From positions 256,001 to 320,000 of the forward strand of contig CAXXMR010000012.1 of NCBI GenBank assembly GCA_963663805.2: a stretch of 64,000 bases of DNA, in the 5' to 3' direction. A model generated the notes under the pieces. That model was not told where the DNA came from and made no database searches. It saw nothing but the letters and a program-made list of their open reading frames with translations. Source of the stretch: Sedimentisphaerales bacterium. Its GTDB lineage: Bacteria > Planctomycetota > Phycisphaerae > Sedimentisphaerales > SM23-30. Positions 1 through 11,263 of this stretch are shown piece by piece; positions within the stretch are counted from its first letter, which is position 1; every line of letters starts with the position of its first letter. The position numbers and the translations under genes are program-made.

Positions 1-346
1 TCATTATCTGCTTGGGATAAGCGAAACCCTTGAAAGAACTGAACAAATAACCGCCGATACTCAAAATAATCGCCAGAAGACCCAGATAAGAGGGCTTGCC
101 AACCATCTCCGCCAGACGCTTACGCTCCTGATAGATAAACCACAAGCTGAACAAAGGAATCATCAAACCGTGAGATTCCTTGGGAGACATCCAGCGGTCA
201 AAAAGACGTATCAGTTCTTCACGGTAGAGCAGCACATACAGCCCCCCGCAAATTATACACATCCACACCCGGTCCCAAAACCGGTCATGACGCGCAGAAT
301 CACCCAACGGCATCATACCCTTAGCTTTCACTTCAATTTCACTCAT
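1..346 (-). CDS. Exosortase (EpsH/XrtA family), N-terminal part, runs off the window edge
   Basis: Not in the ORF track. Manual translation from ATG at 346: MSEIEVKAKG...LIRLFDRWMSPKESHGLMIPLFSLWFIYQERKRL...GLLAIILSIGGYL. The W-x5-SHG-x2-IP-x4-W-x4-R pattern matches the exosortase N-terminus; directly downstream of a Wza-like gene. Confidence 0.8.
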   Translation of the reverse strand, partial: MSEIEVKAKGMMPLGDSARHDRFWDRVWMCIICGGLYVLLYREELIRLFDRWMSPKESHGLMIPLFSLWFIYQERKRLAEMVGKPSYLGLLAIILSIGGYLFSSFKGFAYPKQIM

Positions 347-397
347 AAATCTAATTATCCCATCGCAGCCGAACTAACCGCCGAACCCATCCTGCTA

Positions 398-2068
398 TTA
401 ATGGCCGATATCCTTGTCAGCAAAGTTCCGATCATAAACAAAACCGAAACCATAAGTAAACCGGAAGCTCTGGCGAACCACTCCAATCCAGCGGGCCACC
501 GGGTGCGAACCTACATTAATTATATCATCAGCTTTCAGAAAAATGTCAGGGGCATTGCCTTCCATAATCTTTTGCAAATTAACCCGGTATACCACTTCCT
601 GATTTTCACCTATCCGGCGAATTACATCGCACCGGCTCGGCCAGGCCAAAGCAGTCATCGGACCTGCCGCCGCCAACGCGTGTTTCAAAGTCAGTTTACG
701 ACCGGTCAAACTGTACGGACCAGGCCGGGCCACCTGACCCATAACATAAAACTCACCTACTGTATTATAGGGCACCTGAATATCGTCACCGGGACGAATT
801 ATCATATTCTGCTTTAAGTCGCCGCCCCGCAACTCTTTAAGATTCACCCTCACAACCTCCTGCGTCAGACCCGCTGCCGCCAGGGCATCGCCGGTACTCT
901 TGGCGGAAGTATCACCCGCCGGTTCCATCCAGGATTTTTCCGGCTCAGTCGGCCTCGGCTCATAGGCCTCACCGCCGCCGGAAGGAACCAGCTCAAAACG
1001 AGTGCCCCGCCGCACTAGTTTCATCGGACGCTCCGCACCAGCGTTGAGAAGCACCATTTCTTTGTCGCTTTCTTCGACTACCGAGCCAGACTCGAACCGC
1101 GTTACCGCCGTAACCACTTTGTCTGATTCCCAGCGAACCAAAGGCGGGTCAACCTTAACCACCGACATCGGGGCCACACTCTCCAGCAACTCCTTACGCT
1201 CATCAACCTTCTCAGCCGGAGCAGGCTCAACCGATTCGTCTTTCTTAATCTCATTTTGCGGTTTTTCAAACGGCATCACAATTTCCGGGGCTTCCCCTTC
1301 CATCACTGGCGGCTTGACTATAGGTGTAAATTCCTGAACCGGCTCAGGCGGGGCTGCTTCCCCAATGCCCGGTGCCAGAGGCGGAGCCGGCAAATTCTCA
1401 CCCTCCCACCACGGCTTCTCAACTTCACCCCGCGCTGCCATCTCCTGCTCCATTCGCCGGGCTAGCTCCTCAGAACTGACCGTGCGAATAACATAGGCAT
1501 AATCAGCGTTAAACTGCGGAATACCACCAGCTTGCGCCAAGGCCTGGGACAACCGGAACTCGCCCGGCTGAAGCTCATAAGTCCCCGGAGCCTGCACCGC
1601 ACCCGAAATCGAGTACACCCGCTCACGGGCAGCGACAACCACCACACTCACCTTGGGGTCACGCAAAACACTCGGACTTAGACGACCGATTATGTCGTCA
1701 GTCAACTCCAGTTCGGTACGACCAGCCCCCTGCAAAGTCCCGATGATAGGCAGAGTTATCCTGCCAGTATCAGAAACCGGCTTACGGGCGGTCCATTCCA
1801 TATTGGTGCTGAACAGCTCAAAAATGGATATATCCAGAAAATCGCCAGGCCCGATAACGTATTCACGCGGGTCAGCTATCAAATCGTCTGGCCGAGGCTC
1901 ACGAGCACCGGCAAACACTGCCGGGTCTTCATCTACCACGCCCAGATTATCCAGAATGACATTCGTCATCGGAGTCGCCCGGAACCGCCCCAAAGCAGAG
2001 GGGTCCGAACAGCCTGAACTCAGCAGTGCCGCTGACACTGCCAAACCAATAATGATTAAATAACGCAT
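398..2068 (-). CDS. Polysaccharide biosynthesis/export lipoprotein (Wza-like, Poly_export + SLBB domains) with a long Pro/Glu-rich insertion
   Basis: YVIGPGDFLDISI, GRITLPIIG, and SLBB repeats (VYSISGAVQAPG, FYVMGQVARPG). Lipobox LLSSGC after MRYLIII, so start chosen at 2068. Confidence 0.88.
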   Translation of the reverse strand: MRYLIIIGLAVSAALLSSGCSDPSALGRFRATPMTNVILDNLGVVDEDPAVFAGAREPRPDDLIADPREYVIGPGDFLDISIFELFSTNMEWTARKPVSDTGRITLPIIGTLQGAGRTELELTDDIIGRLSPSVLRDPKVSVVVVAARERVYSISGAVQAPGTYELQPGEFRLSQALAQAGGIPQFNADYAYVIRTVSSEELARRMEQEMAARGEVEKPWWEGENLPAPPLAPGIGEAAPPEPVQEFTPIVKPPVMEGEAPEIVMPFEKPQNEIKKDESVEPAPAEKVDERKELLESVAPMSVVKVDPPLVRWESDKVVTAVTRFESGSVVEESDKEMVLLNAGAERPMKLVRRGTRFELVPSGGGEAYEPRPTEPEKSWMEPAGDTSAKSTGDALAAAGLTQEVVRVNLKELRGGDLKQNMIIRPGDDIQVPYNTVGEFYVMGQVARPGPYSLTGRKLTLKHALAAAGPMTALAWPSRCDVIRRIGENQEVVYRVNLQKIMEGNAPDIFLKADDIINVGSHPVARWIGVVRQSFRFTYGFGFVYDRNFADKDIGH

Positions 2069-2687
2069 AGTAAATTCCTTTTTCTCTGCGTCAGCGGCCC
2101 AGCCTTTAATTCGCCGGTCGCTCATATTCCTTTCTGTCGCCAACAGATTCATAAAATACAGACCGAGCCCGCAGACCCTAAAGCCCATATATCTGCGTTA
2201 TCGGGTTAAACCATAACGCCGCTTTACGTTTTATTAACTATAACATCATTAAAAAACTATGTTTAGGTTAAACAGCATCATCCTGATAAAACCAGACTCA
2301 GACCATCCTGACCTGCCCCGCCCAGCTATCCCCATTATCAATACTGTAATCGCATGTTTAACATCTGTACAACACTATTTACCCCAACCCACCTTGGAAG
2401 TTCAAGTGTTTTAAGGCTAAAAAGCAGCGCGAATGTAACTTAAAAGGCTGTTTTTTTGGGATTTTTTGGGGGAAAAACAAGTTTTGGGACGTTTTTTAGG
2501 ATTTTTTGGGGCTTTTTCGCGAGAGCAAGCCATTCTCTATCACCTTTTTTTCCGACAGGCAGAAGGTAAAAATGAAGGGCATAACTAAAGATTTTTTGCC
2601 ATTCAGGTCGATGTTAGTAAAACATTATCGGCCCTTAATTTTGACCGATATTGAAACAAAGCTTAATCACCTGAAGGGAAAAGGATT

Positions 2688-3467
2688 ATGAAAATTGCGA
2701 TTATTGGGGCAGGCGGCCACGGTCGCGTCGTTCTCGACATTCTCAAAAATAATCATCAATTTGATGTCGCTGGCTTTCTCGATAATAATTCCGCCCTGCA
2801 GCACAACCAAATTGACGGCATTGAGGTATTGGGTGATATTTCATTAATATCTGAATTTAAGCAACTTAACATCGGGGCCGCCGTCATCGCCATCGGCGAC
2901 AACCGAACCCGACAGGCCTTCGCTGAAACCCTGCAAAGCGCCGGCATATGCCTGGTCAGTGCCATCCACCCCTCAGCCAACATTGCCGATACCGCATCCA
3001 TTGGTAAAAATGTTGTTATTGCCGCTGGTTCGACCATTTGTACGCATGTGAGAATCGATGATTCAGCCATTCTCAACACCGGCTGTATTATCGACCACGA
3101 AAGCCAAATCTTACGGGCCGCCCATATCTGTCCCGGCGTTAGAATCGCCGGCCATGTCACCGTTAAGCCCGGTGCATTCGTGGGAATTGGGGCGACTATC
3201 ATCCAGGGCGTAACCATCGGCAACTCGTCGGTCGTCGGCGCCGGCGCTGTTGTACTCGAAGACGTACCCGCCCACGCGACCGTAGTCGGCGTGCCCGCCC
3301 GCATCGTCAAAGACTCTAATATCCCCGGCACCCCTGCCCGCGTGCAAGCGCCCACCCCGCTGAACACCAAAGAAATCGACCCCGCCGCAGTCCTCATCAG
3401 CCAGCCGCCCAAACGTCCCATGCGCCGCAAGCCTCAGCCGGAACTGGAAACCAGTACCAATCGCTAA
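2688..3467 (+). CDS. Sugar O/N-acetyltransferase, PglD/NeuD family
   Basis: IIGAGGHGRVV Rossmann-like N-terminus, AIGDNRTR, hexapeptide repeats, IIDHE, VVGVPAR. Confidence 0.9.
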   Translation: MKIAIIGAGGHGRVVLDILKNNHQFDVAGFLDNNSALQHNQIDGIEVLGDISLISEFKQLNIGAAVIAIGDNRTRQAFAETLQSAGICLVSAIHPSANIADTASIGKNVVIAAGSTICTHVRIDDSAILNTGCIIDHESQILRAAHICPGVRIAGHVTVKPGAFVGIGATIIQGVTIGNSSVVGAGAVVLEDVPAHATVVGVPARIVKDSNIPGTPARVQAPTPLNTKEIDPAAVLISQPPKRPMRRKPQPELETSTNR

Positions 3468-3596
3468 CCGGCTTAAACCTGCTCAAAATTATCGAGAAGC
3501 TTCCCCATGAGTTGTACCGATATTCTTCACCTAATAAGTGTCCTTTCCTAAGAAATCCCTTGCCCAGAATCGGTCCCTCAGATAATAATTAAGCGT

Positions 3597-4898
3597 ATGG
3601 TGAACTTTTCCAAGAAACTTTATCGAGGCGGCAGGCTCGGCAAATATCGGCTCCTGAAAAAGCTCGGTATCGGCGGATACTGTGAAGTCTGGAAAGCACT
3701 TGATACCGTCGAAGGACTCGAAATCGCCCTGAAAATCCCCCTCACTGACAGCAGCGGCGTCCGGGACAGCCAATCTCTTCTGCGTGAAATCAAACTGGTT
3801 TCCCAACTTCGACACCCCAATATTCTGCCGGTAAAAAACGCCGACATCATCGCCGGCCATGCCGTCATGTCGACGGAACTGGGCCAGAAATCCCTGGAAG
3901 ACTGCTCCCGCCCCATGTCGGTCGCCCGTATTATCAATATTATGGACCAGGTACTCGCTGCCCTGGCTTATGCCCATCGCCGCAAAATCATCCATTGTGA
4001 CATCACCCCCGGCAATATATTTCTGTTCTCCGAAGGCAGAGCCCTGCTGGGCGACTTTGGTATCGGCAAAACTGTTAAGGGGCGCATGGTCACCAGCGAC
4101 GATTTCGGCACCCCCGGCTACGTCGCCCCGGAACAGGCCTATGGCAAGCCTAGCTGTCGCAGCGACTGCTTTTCGGCGTCCCTGATTCTCTACGAATTTC
4201 TAACCGGCCAATTGCCCCGCTGGCCCTACGAATGGCCCATGAAGGGACATGAAAAACTTCGCACCCGGACCAATCTCGCCCTAACTGAATTCCTGCACCG
4301 TGCCCTGGCGGTCAATCCTGCCCGGAGATTCCCAGACGCCGAAAAAATGCGCCAAGCCTTCCACGACGCAATCCCGCGTAATCTCCGCAAAAAACCCAAC
4401 GTCTCTCAACATCAGCCCAAACCAAAATCATGGCAGCAGTTGCGGCGGGACAAATTCTCGGAAAAATACCTGAGAGTTCTCGGCCCCTTCCAAAAATGCC
4501 ACGACTGCGGTGAGCTAATCTCAGAATTCATGCACTGCTGTCCCTGGTGCGGCAGCGAAGCCAACCATTTCGAGTCAACCACGAGCTTTTCACATTACTG
4601 CCCCGAATGCAAACACGGCATAATGCCCGAATGGCCCTACTGCCCCTGGTGCTACAGCAAAGGATTCACCTCATTCGAACCGCGAAAGACTTCACGCACC
4701 CGATACCATGACCATTGCCGTAACTGCGGCGGCAAAACCATGCGTTTCATGCGCTATTGCCCCTGGTGTCACCATAAAATCCGCCGCCCCTGGCAGGTTC
4801 GTCCCTTCCCCGAAATATGTGCATCGTGCAACTGGTCGGTGGACACCTCATTCTGGAATTTCTGCCCCTGGTGTGCCGATAATCTCTTTACCAGATAA
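3597..4898 (+). CDS. Ser/Thr protein kinase with four C-terminal zinc-ribbon repeats
   Basis: GIGGYCEV, IALK, HCDITPGN, DFG, GTPGYVAPE; four CxxC...CPWC units. Confidence 0.88.
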   Translation: MVNFSKKLYRGGRLGKYRLLKKLGIGGYCEVWKALDTVEGLEIALKIPLTDSSGVRDSQSLLREIKLVSQLRHPNILPVKNADIIAGHAVMSTELGQKSLEDCSRPMSVARIINIMDQVLAALAYAHRRKIIHCDITPGNIFLFSEGRALLGDFGIGKTVKGRMVTSDDFGTPGYVAPEQAYGKPSCRSDCFSASLILYEFLTGQLPRWPYEWPMKGHEKLRTRTNLALTEFLHRALAVNPARRFPDAEKMRQAFHDAIPRNLRKKPNVSQHQPKPKSWQQLRRDKFSEKYLRVLGPFQKCHDCGELISEFMHCCPWCGSEANHFESTTSFSHYCPECKHGIMPEWPYCPWCYSKGFTSFEPRKTSRTRYHDHCRNCGGKTMRFMRYCPWCHHKIRRPWQVRPFPEICASCNWSVDTSFWNFCPWCADNLFTR

Positions 4899-5168
4899 AC
4901 TGGAAACCCTAATCTCAAAAATTCAAAACAACATAAACAACGACAACAAAAATATTTAACCGCGGATTACACGGATTTTTAACGGCATCGCTTACTTACG
5001 TGCGCGGCTCTGGTAAATTGTGGCCATTTTGCGTAAAATTTCCTTTGTAAGAAACTAAAACCACGCCCTCAACCAGCCGATTACTATCAATAAGGTTTGG
5101 TCGATACCCGACCAGCCCCTAAACAAGTTATCTGGACCGGGATAACATAAAGAGGTAAAGGTTTTATA

Positions 5169-7495
5169 ATGCACAGCAGTAAAAAGCAGATAAAAGAGCC
5201 CAACAATCACGCCCATGACTCTAATATGCAGGCACTGGTAAAGGCATCTAAAATTCGCAACCAAATACTTCTGCCTCTGCTGCTGGTTATTGGACTAACC
5301 GCTGTGCTGCGTATTTATTTATTACACGAAAATCTTAATCAGCAAATTAATACCGACACTCTTCAGTATTGCGAACAGGTTCATAAAAGCTGGGATTTCC
5401 TCCTCCAGAACCAGGCCGAAATGCTGCACAGCCACATCGAAAGGTTAGCTCAGGACGAAACCTTAAAGAATCTCTGGCTCCAGCAGGACCGAGAAAAGCT
5501 CACAGAATACACCATCAAAATCATGGACCATCTGCGCAGCGATTATAAATTAACCCATTTCTATCTGATTCAGCCCGACCGAACCTGTTTCCTGCGTGCT
5601 CATCAGCCGGAACGCTCTGGCGACATTATAATCAGGGAGACCATGCGTAAAGCCGCTCAGACCCAGACACTCTCCTGGGGACTCGAACTGGGGCCGCTGG
5701 GAACATTCACCCTCCGCTGCGTACACCCCTGGACTATCGACGGAAAGTTTGCAGGCTACATCGAACTGGGCATGGAAATCGAACATTTCAATCATAAACT
5801 CAAAGACCTGCTCCATTGCGAACTGGCCACCGTCATCTACAAACAACACACCACCCGCGAAAAAGTGGAAAACGGACAAAATCTGTTCGGCATCAAAAGC
5901 GACTGGAACGCCTATGATGATTTCGTCGTCTTCAATTACACAACGCCCACACCACCGACCGGACTGGCTGAACCAATCCATCAAACCAGAAACCATCAAG
6001 AGAATTTTGTATTCAGAACAAACGTTCAGGACCAGAATTACTCCTGCGGAATCGTCCCTATCCCCAACGCTGCCGGCATCAATGTCGCCAAAATGGTGGT
6101 AATGCGTAACATTACCCAGTCTCTCGCGAACAATAAGGCCCTGACCATCAAAATGGCGACTCTCACGATAGGACTGCTGGCATTACTTCTCATCCTGATG
6201 TATAAGCTGCTGGGCTCGCTCCAGAAAAAACTTGCCGAAGCCACCCACAAACTTAACAAGGAACTGGACAGTCGCATCACAATTGAACAACGCCAGAACG
6301 CTCTGCTTGCCACCATTCCCGCTTATGTATATTTCAAAGATAGCAATTTCAAATACATCATGACCAACAGACTCTTTGAAAATCAACTTAAACTCCAATC
6401 GGAAGATATTATTGGCAAAACCGATTACGATATTCTTAACAAAAATGATGCCGATAGATTCCGCAAACAAGACGAACATATTCTGCAATCAGGCCAACCC
6501 CTGATTAATCAGGAGGACGAATTCACCGTCCCGCAAGGCGGCACTATTGCCTTACGGTCATCCAAAGCCCCTTACCAGGACCGTACGGGCGAAACTATCG
6601 GTATCGTCGGCGTATCGCTTGACATTACCAAAATCAAACAGAGCGAAAAAGAAAAGCAACAGGCCATTATGCAGCTCGATAATATCCTTTCCTCCGCCAG
6701 CCGCACCGCTATCATCGCAACTGACAATTCCGGCATGATTACCCTTTTTAATTCGGGTGCAGAAAAAATGCTCGGCTTCAAAGCCGAGGAAATGCTCGGC
6801 CAAACGCCCGAAATATTTCACGACCCCGCGGAAATACTCGCCTGGGCCCAGAAGTGGAATTTCAACGGCACGGGCTTCGAGATACTTGCCCACACCCCGC
6901 CCTGAACGGCCACAACGAACCACAGGAATGGACTTACATTCGCAAAGACGGGAAAAAAATCAAGGTCGAATTAAACATAAACGCTGTCAAGGACAAAGAC
7001 GGCAATACCATCGGCTTTTTAGGCATCGCCCAGGACATTACCGACAGAACAGTCTCTCAGGAAAAGCTTCATCGAAACGAAAAACAAACCAGTGAAATCC
7101 TGAACGCGTTACCGGCAGGAGTCATAATAATAAACGCCCGGAACCACCAGATTGAATACGCTAATTCCGCGGCACTTAATATGACCGGCTATGAAAACGA
7201 AAAACTCATCGGCAAAATCTGCCACAAGGTAGTCTGCCCCAATGCCCTGGGCAACTGCCCCATAACCGACCATGGCAAAACCGTCGATAACGCCCGCAGG
7301 ACTATGGTCCGTCAGGACGGAACCGAAATCCCTATCCTCAAAACTGTCAATCGAATCAAATTCGAAGACAAAGACCTGCTTATCGAAACCTTCGTCGATA
7401 TAAGCAAAATCGAAAACACGCAGCCCCAACTGCCGGAACCGGAACTGGCAGGCTCCTGTTCAAATCCTTCGGGCGGTTGCGGTAATTGTCGATAA
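5169..7495 (+). CDS. Membrane sensor with Cache-like periplasmic domain and three PAS domains; split by a frameshift near 6895
   Basis: Two TM segments flank FLRAHQPERSGD/GLELGPLG. PAS/PAC motifs continue from ORF 5169-6905 into ORF 6854-7495 (EWTYIRKDG...GFLGIAQDITDR). No kinase or cyclase domain seen. Confidence 0.78.
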
Positions 7496-7551
7496 ATACC
7501 AAACGTTTGCAAAATGACAATTTGGCATTCCCAGCCCTCTTTTTTTATTAG

Positions 7552-7587
7552 ATAACCCCGACTCATCAAACGATGGGCCGGGGTTAT
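7552..7587 (+). terminator. Stem-loop after the PAS gene
   Basis: ATAACCCCGACTCATC-aaac-GATGGGCCGGGGTTAT inverted repeat. Confidence 0.5.
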
Positions 7588-7690
7588 TATTCTAATGGAA
7601 CTCTCACTTGACAGGGCTGCCAAATGATTCTAACATTAGTTGGTTGTTAAGCTGCCAAATAGAACTCCTAGTGAGAAAAGAGGTTATTAT

Positions 7691-9009
7691 ATGAAGGGTC
7701 ACGGTATTCGTATCATGGCGGTGGTTTTTTGTTTGTCGGCTCTGGTCTGGGCGGGCAGTGCTAATGTCATTCTCATGATTTCTGATGGTTGCGGGTTTAA
7801 TCAGTTTGACGCGGCGAGTTATTATCAATATGGTTCGCGGGGTTGTCAGCCTTATGACAGCGATCTGGATTATGCCAAATGGACGCGGGTTGGTTGTACT
7901 ACTTATCCTGAGAACAGCGGATATAATCCGGAAAAGATGTGGTCGAGTTTCAAATACCAGGAATCGGGTCCGACAGATTCAGCGGCAGCATCCTCGGCAA
8001 TCAATACGGGTGTGAAATATAAAAATGGTTATATGAACATTGACAGCGACGGCAATCGTCATAAAAACATTTGCCCAGTATGCTGTTGAAGCGGGACTGG
8101 TGGCCGGTACGGTAACTACGGTGCCGATGGGTCATGCTACTCCGGCGGGGGTTTGGTCGCATAATTTCAGTCGCGGCCATGCGCGTGAGATTGTTGACGA
8201 GATGGTATTTAACAGTCGCGGGCTGAATTGCGTTATCGGAGCGGGTCACCCTTATTACGACAATAACGGGCAGAAGCTGGACCATTATCGCAATGGGACT
8301 TATACACCTGAACCATTGACCTTTGAGGTATTAACTCGCGGCATTCAGGGTTGGACGTTTACCGACGACACTCACCTGATTAAATCTTTGTCTATCGGCG
8401 AGAATCTACCCAAACGCCTTTTTGCGGTACCGCGTGTGGGTGATACCTTTCAGTGCAATCGTGATGGTCAGGATATGGGGAATCTGAATCAGAATTTACC
8501 GACTTTGGCGGAGTGTTCGCTGGCGGCACTTAATGTTTTGGACCAGAACGAAAAAGGTTTTTATATTTTGATTGAGGGCGGGGCGATTGACTGGGCAGGT
8601 CACGCGAATAATCTGGCTCGTAATATTGAGGAACAGCTTGATTTTAATCGTGCGGTTTCAGCGGTCATCAGCTGGGTTGAACAGTACAGCTCGTGGGATG
8701 AGACTTTGCTGATTATTACGGCGGACCATGAATGCGGGTGCCTCTGGGGCGAAAGAAATAAATTTGCGGCGGTTAAGTCACGCGGAGAAGGTGAATTGCC
8801 CGAAGCGTTTTTTTCATTCCGGCGGTCATACTAATCAGCTTGTGCCGCTGTGGGCGATCGGACGGGGCAGTGAGATGTTCCGGGCGACGGAGATTGTTGA
8901 TGGTAAAGATGTTAAAGCTGCCGAGGTTTATAAGACTCTCACTGATTGGGACGGCAGTTATGTTGACAATACCGACATTTTTACAGTTATGAAATCGCAA
9001 CTTAACTGA
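7691..9009 (+). CDS. Alkaline phosphatase; split by two frameshifts (about 8065 and 8810)
   Basis: Signal peptide, ILMISDGCG, TDSAAA (catalytic Ser), HATPA, IEGGAIDWAGHAN, TADHE and GGHTN spread over three overlapping ORFs; breaks lie at A5 and T8 runs. Confidence 0.85.
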
Positions 9010-10123
9010 GGGGCCGTCGCGACGTTATCTGCTGGAAAATCGGTTTGTAGGTTTCGACAATTTTTTTGATGTCATGTTTTTGTTCGACATATTTTTGGGC
9101 GTTTCGGCCTGTTTCTATATAGCGTTGATTTTCGAGCAGGAATTTCAGGGCCTGAGTTAAATTATTCATTTCGCCCTGAGCAGACAGGCCGCACTGGTAT
9201 TCGTTAAGGAAGTTGTCGGGGTTGACTTGCAGCGAAAGAATAGCTGTGCCTGCCTGGCCGGCCTGAATGAAGGTATTTGGAAAGCCTTCGACGCGGCTGG
9301 TATTGACGAAAACTTTGGAACGTTGATACCATTTTTCTATCTGGTCAAATGGTACACGGTCGATAAATTCAAGATTGCTGATTTTGGCAGCGGCGTTTTT
9401 CAACTCATCGTAATTATTGTCGCCGGTGGCGTGCTGGCAAATCATCGCAAATTTTTCGTCGGGAAATTCTTTTGCCAGTTCAAGAAATTTTTCAGGCTGC
9501 TTGATAGCGACGCTGCGGCCTATCCAGAGGATATAATCTCGCGGCTCGTTTGCGGGCGGGCTGAGTCGATGACCGTTGGGGATTACTATCGCCTCGATGT
9601 TCAGGGTGTGTTTGAGGTTGACGCTGTCGGTATTATTTTGCACGAAAACCGCAAGGCATTTTCTGAGTGAAAGAGCGAACATTTTCCCCATCAGGAAATG
9701 TTCTTTAAGGTAAGTACCGTCGCATTCTCTCTGGCTTGCGGTGCGGTAGACTAAAGCCTTGTGGTTCCTTCGGCAAAAAAGGGACACTAATACCAGACCA
9801 GGCGAAGGTGTTTTCAGCATATAAATATCAGCATCGGCTTTTTGCAAGGCTTGCCAGATGCAAATTGCTCCAGAAAGGGGGTTTGAGTGAAAATTAAGGC
9901 TTCTAATAATCTTTACGTTTTCTCTGGTTTCGATATTCGGCTGGCCGTAATCGGCGGTTACGAAAGATACTTCGAAATTATCATCCTTGGCAAGTTCGGT
10001 GCCAAGGTAATACAAATCAACTTCCGCACCACCAAAAACCGCATCTGCCTCCTGATTGAAAAGCGGGTAGGCTTTAGGGCAGACAAAGCAGATTTTCAGA
10101 GATTGTTTTTTATTTGGGTTCAT
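9002..10123 (-). CDS. Glycosyltransferase family 4
   Basis: FGGAE, ILWIGR...KQPE, FVNTSRVEGFPNTFIQA. Confidence 0.88.
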   Translation of the reverse strand: MNPNKKQSLKICFVCPKAYPLFNQEADAVFGGAEVDLYYLGTELAKDDNFEVSFVTADYGQPNIETRENVKIIRSLNFHSNPLSGAICIWQALQKADADIYMLKTPSPGLVLVSLFCRRNHKALVYRTASQRECDGTYLKEHFLMGKMFALSLRKCLAVFVQNNTDSVNLKHTLNIEAIVIPNGHRLSPPANEPRDYILWIGRSVAIKQPEKFLELAKEFPDEKFAMICQHATGDNNYDELKNAAAKISNLEFIDRVPFDQIEKWYQRSKVFVNTSRVEGFPNTFIQAGQAGTAILSLQVNPDNFLNEYQCGLSAQGEMNNLTQALKFLLENQRYIETGRNAQKYVEQKHDIKKIVETYKPIFQQITSRRPLS

Positions 10124-11250
10124 TTGATTATTGATTCGTATATTTTGAGGTATTGTCGAGCGACGCCGGGCCAGGTAAAATTGTAAGCGTGTTTTCGGGC
10201 TGCTTCCGACATGGCCTGATAGGTTTGATTATTGTTTGTCAGATTGATAACCGCGTCGGCGAAAAACTCAGGCCTTGCCTCAGCCACGGTAATACCATTG
10301 TCTTTAACAAGTTCGACCACGCCTTCACAGCGATTGGTGATAATAGGCAGTCCTGAAGACATCGCTTCAAGCATGGCGTTGCTCATACCTTCGTGGGCAC
10401 TGCTCATAATAAATATTTCGTGTTCACGGTATATTTGCGGCATGTTTTCGGACGCGACATGCTCCATGAAAATAATGTCGTTGCCGGCATCGAGAGACTT
10501 CGCTTGAGCCTTGAGGCTCACCAGCAGGTTGCCGTGGCCGACAATACTGAGTTGGGCGTTGCAGCCTTTTTGTTTGAGCAGGGCGATGGTTTCGATGAGT
10601 ATCTCAACACGTTTTCTGGTGATGAGCCGGCAAACAGTGAGAAGTTTGACGGGGTTTGAGATTTGTCTTTGCTCCGGCGGTTCGAATTGCTGCGTGTCAA
10701 TCCCGTTGGCGATTACGGGCATGTCGATGTCGGGGGTGAATTTCTGGGCCAGGTCACGCAGGCCGGTACTGTTGGGGATGACGGCTGAAGCATTTTGCCA
10801 GATATTGCGAAACAGTCGGGCCAGAAGTTTATAGTCCGGCCCCAGACGGGTATTATAACCGGGTACATCAGACCCGCGCAGCGAAACAATGTAAGGTAAT
10901 TTATCAGCGCTGCGATAGCAGAGCCAGCCGGAGGGAAAGGCAAAAAAAGCGTGAACTAAATCGTAATTGTTTTGGTGAATTATCCTGCTGTAGTGTTTCG
11001 ATGCGCGATAGAGCCATAGGCACACTTCACTTTTACGCCAGTAATGCAGATCTTTTTTAGCGATGCCGACTTTATAAATATTGATGTTGGGGGCGGGCGT
11101 TTCATGATTGAAACCGCTCTGCAAACCAGAGGTAAGCAAGTCAACGCGGAGATTTTCTATTTGAGCATATTGATTGATAAGATTCTGATGAGCCTGACCC
11201 GCACCACCGCCGATGGGTGGATATTCGTAGTTTAGCATGAGGATATTCAT
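10120..11250 (-). CDS. Glycosyltransferase family 4
   Basis: MNILMLNYEYPPIGGG, SLRGSDVPG, HEGMSNAMLEAMSSGLP. Start set at 11250 because the longer ORF overlaps the CDF gene. Confidence 0.9.
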   Translation of the reverse strand: MNILMLNYEYPPIGGGAGQAHQNLINQYAQIENLRVDLLTSGLQSGFNHETPAPNINIYKVGIAKKDLHYWRKSEVCLWLYRASKHYSRIIHQNNYDLVHAFFAFPSGWLCYRSADKLPYIVSLRGSDVPGYNTRLGPDYKLLARLFRNIWQNASAVIPNSTGLRDLAQKFTPDIDMPVIANGIDTQQFEPPEQRQISNPVKLLTVCRLITRKRVEILIETIALLKQKGCNAQLSIVGHGNLLVSLKAQAKSLDAGNDIIFMEHVASENMPQIYREHEIFIMSSAHEGMSNAMLEAMSSGLPIITNRCEGVVELVKDNGITVAEARPEFFADAVINLTNNNQTYQAMSEAARKHAYNFTWPGVARQYLKIYESIIK

Positions 11251-11263
11251 GGGGCGGTCCTGT

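Noticed and set aside
170..817. 215-aa + strand ORF
   Set aside because: Overlaps the exosortase and Wza-like genes on the opposite strand; no family features.
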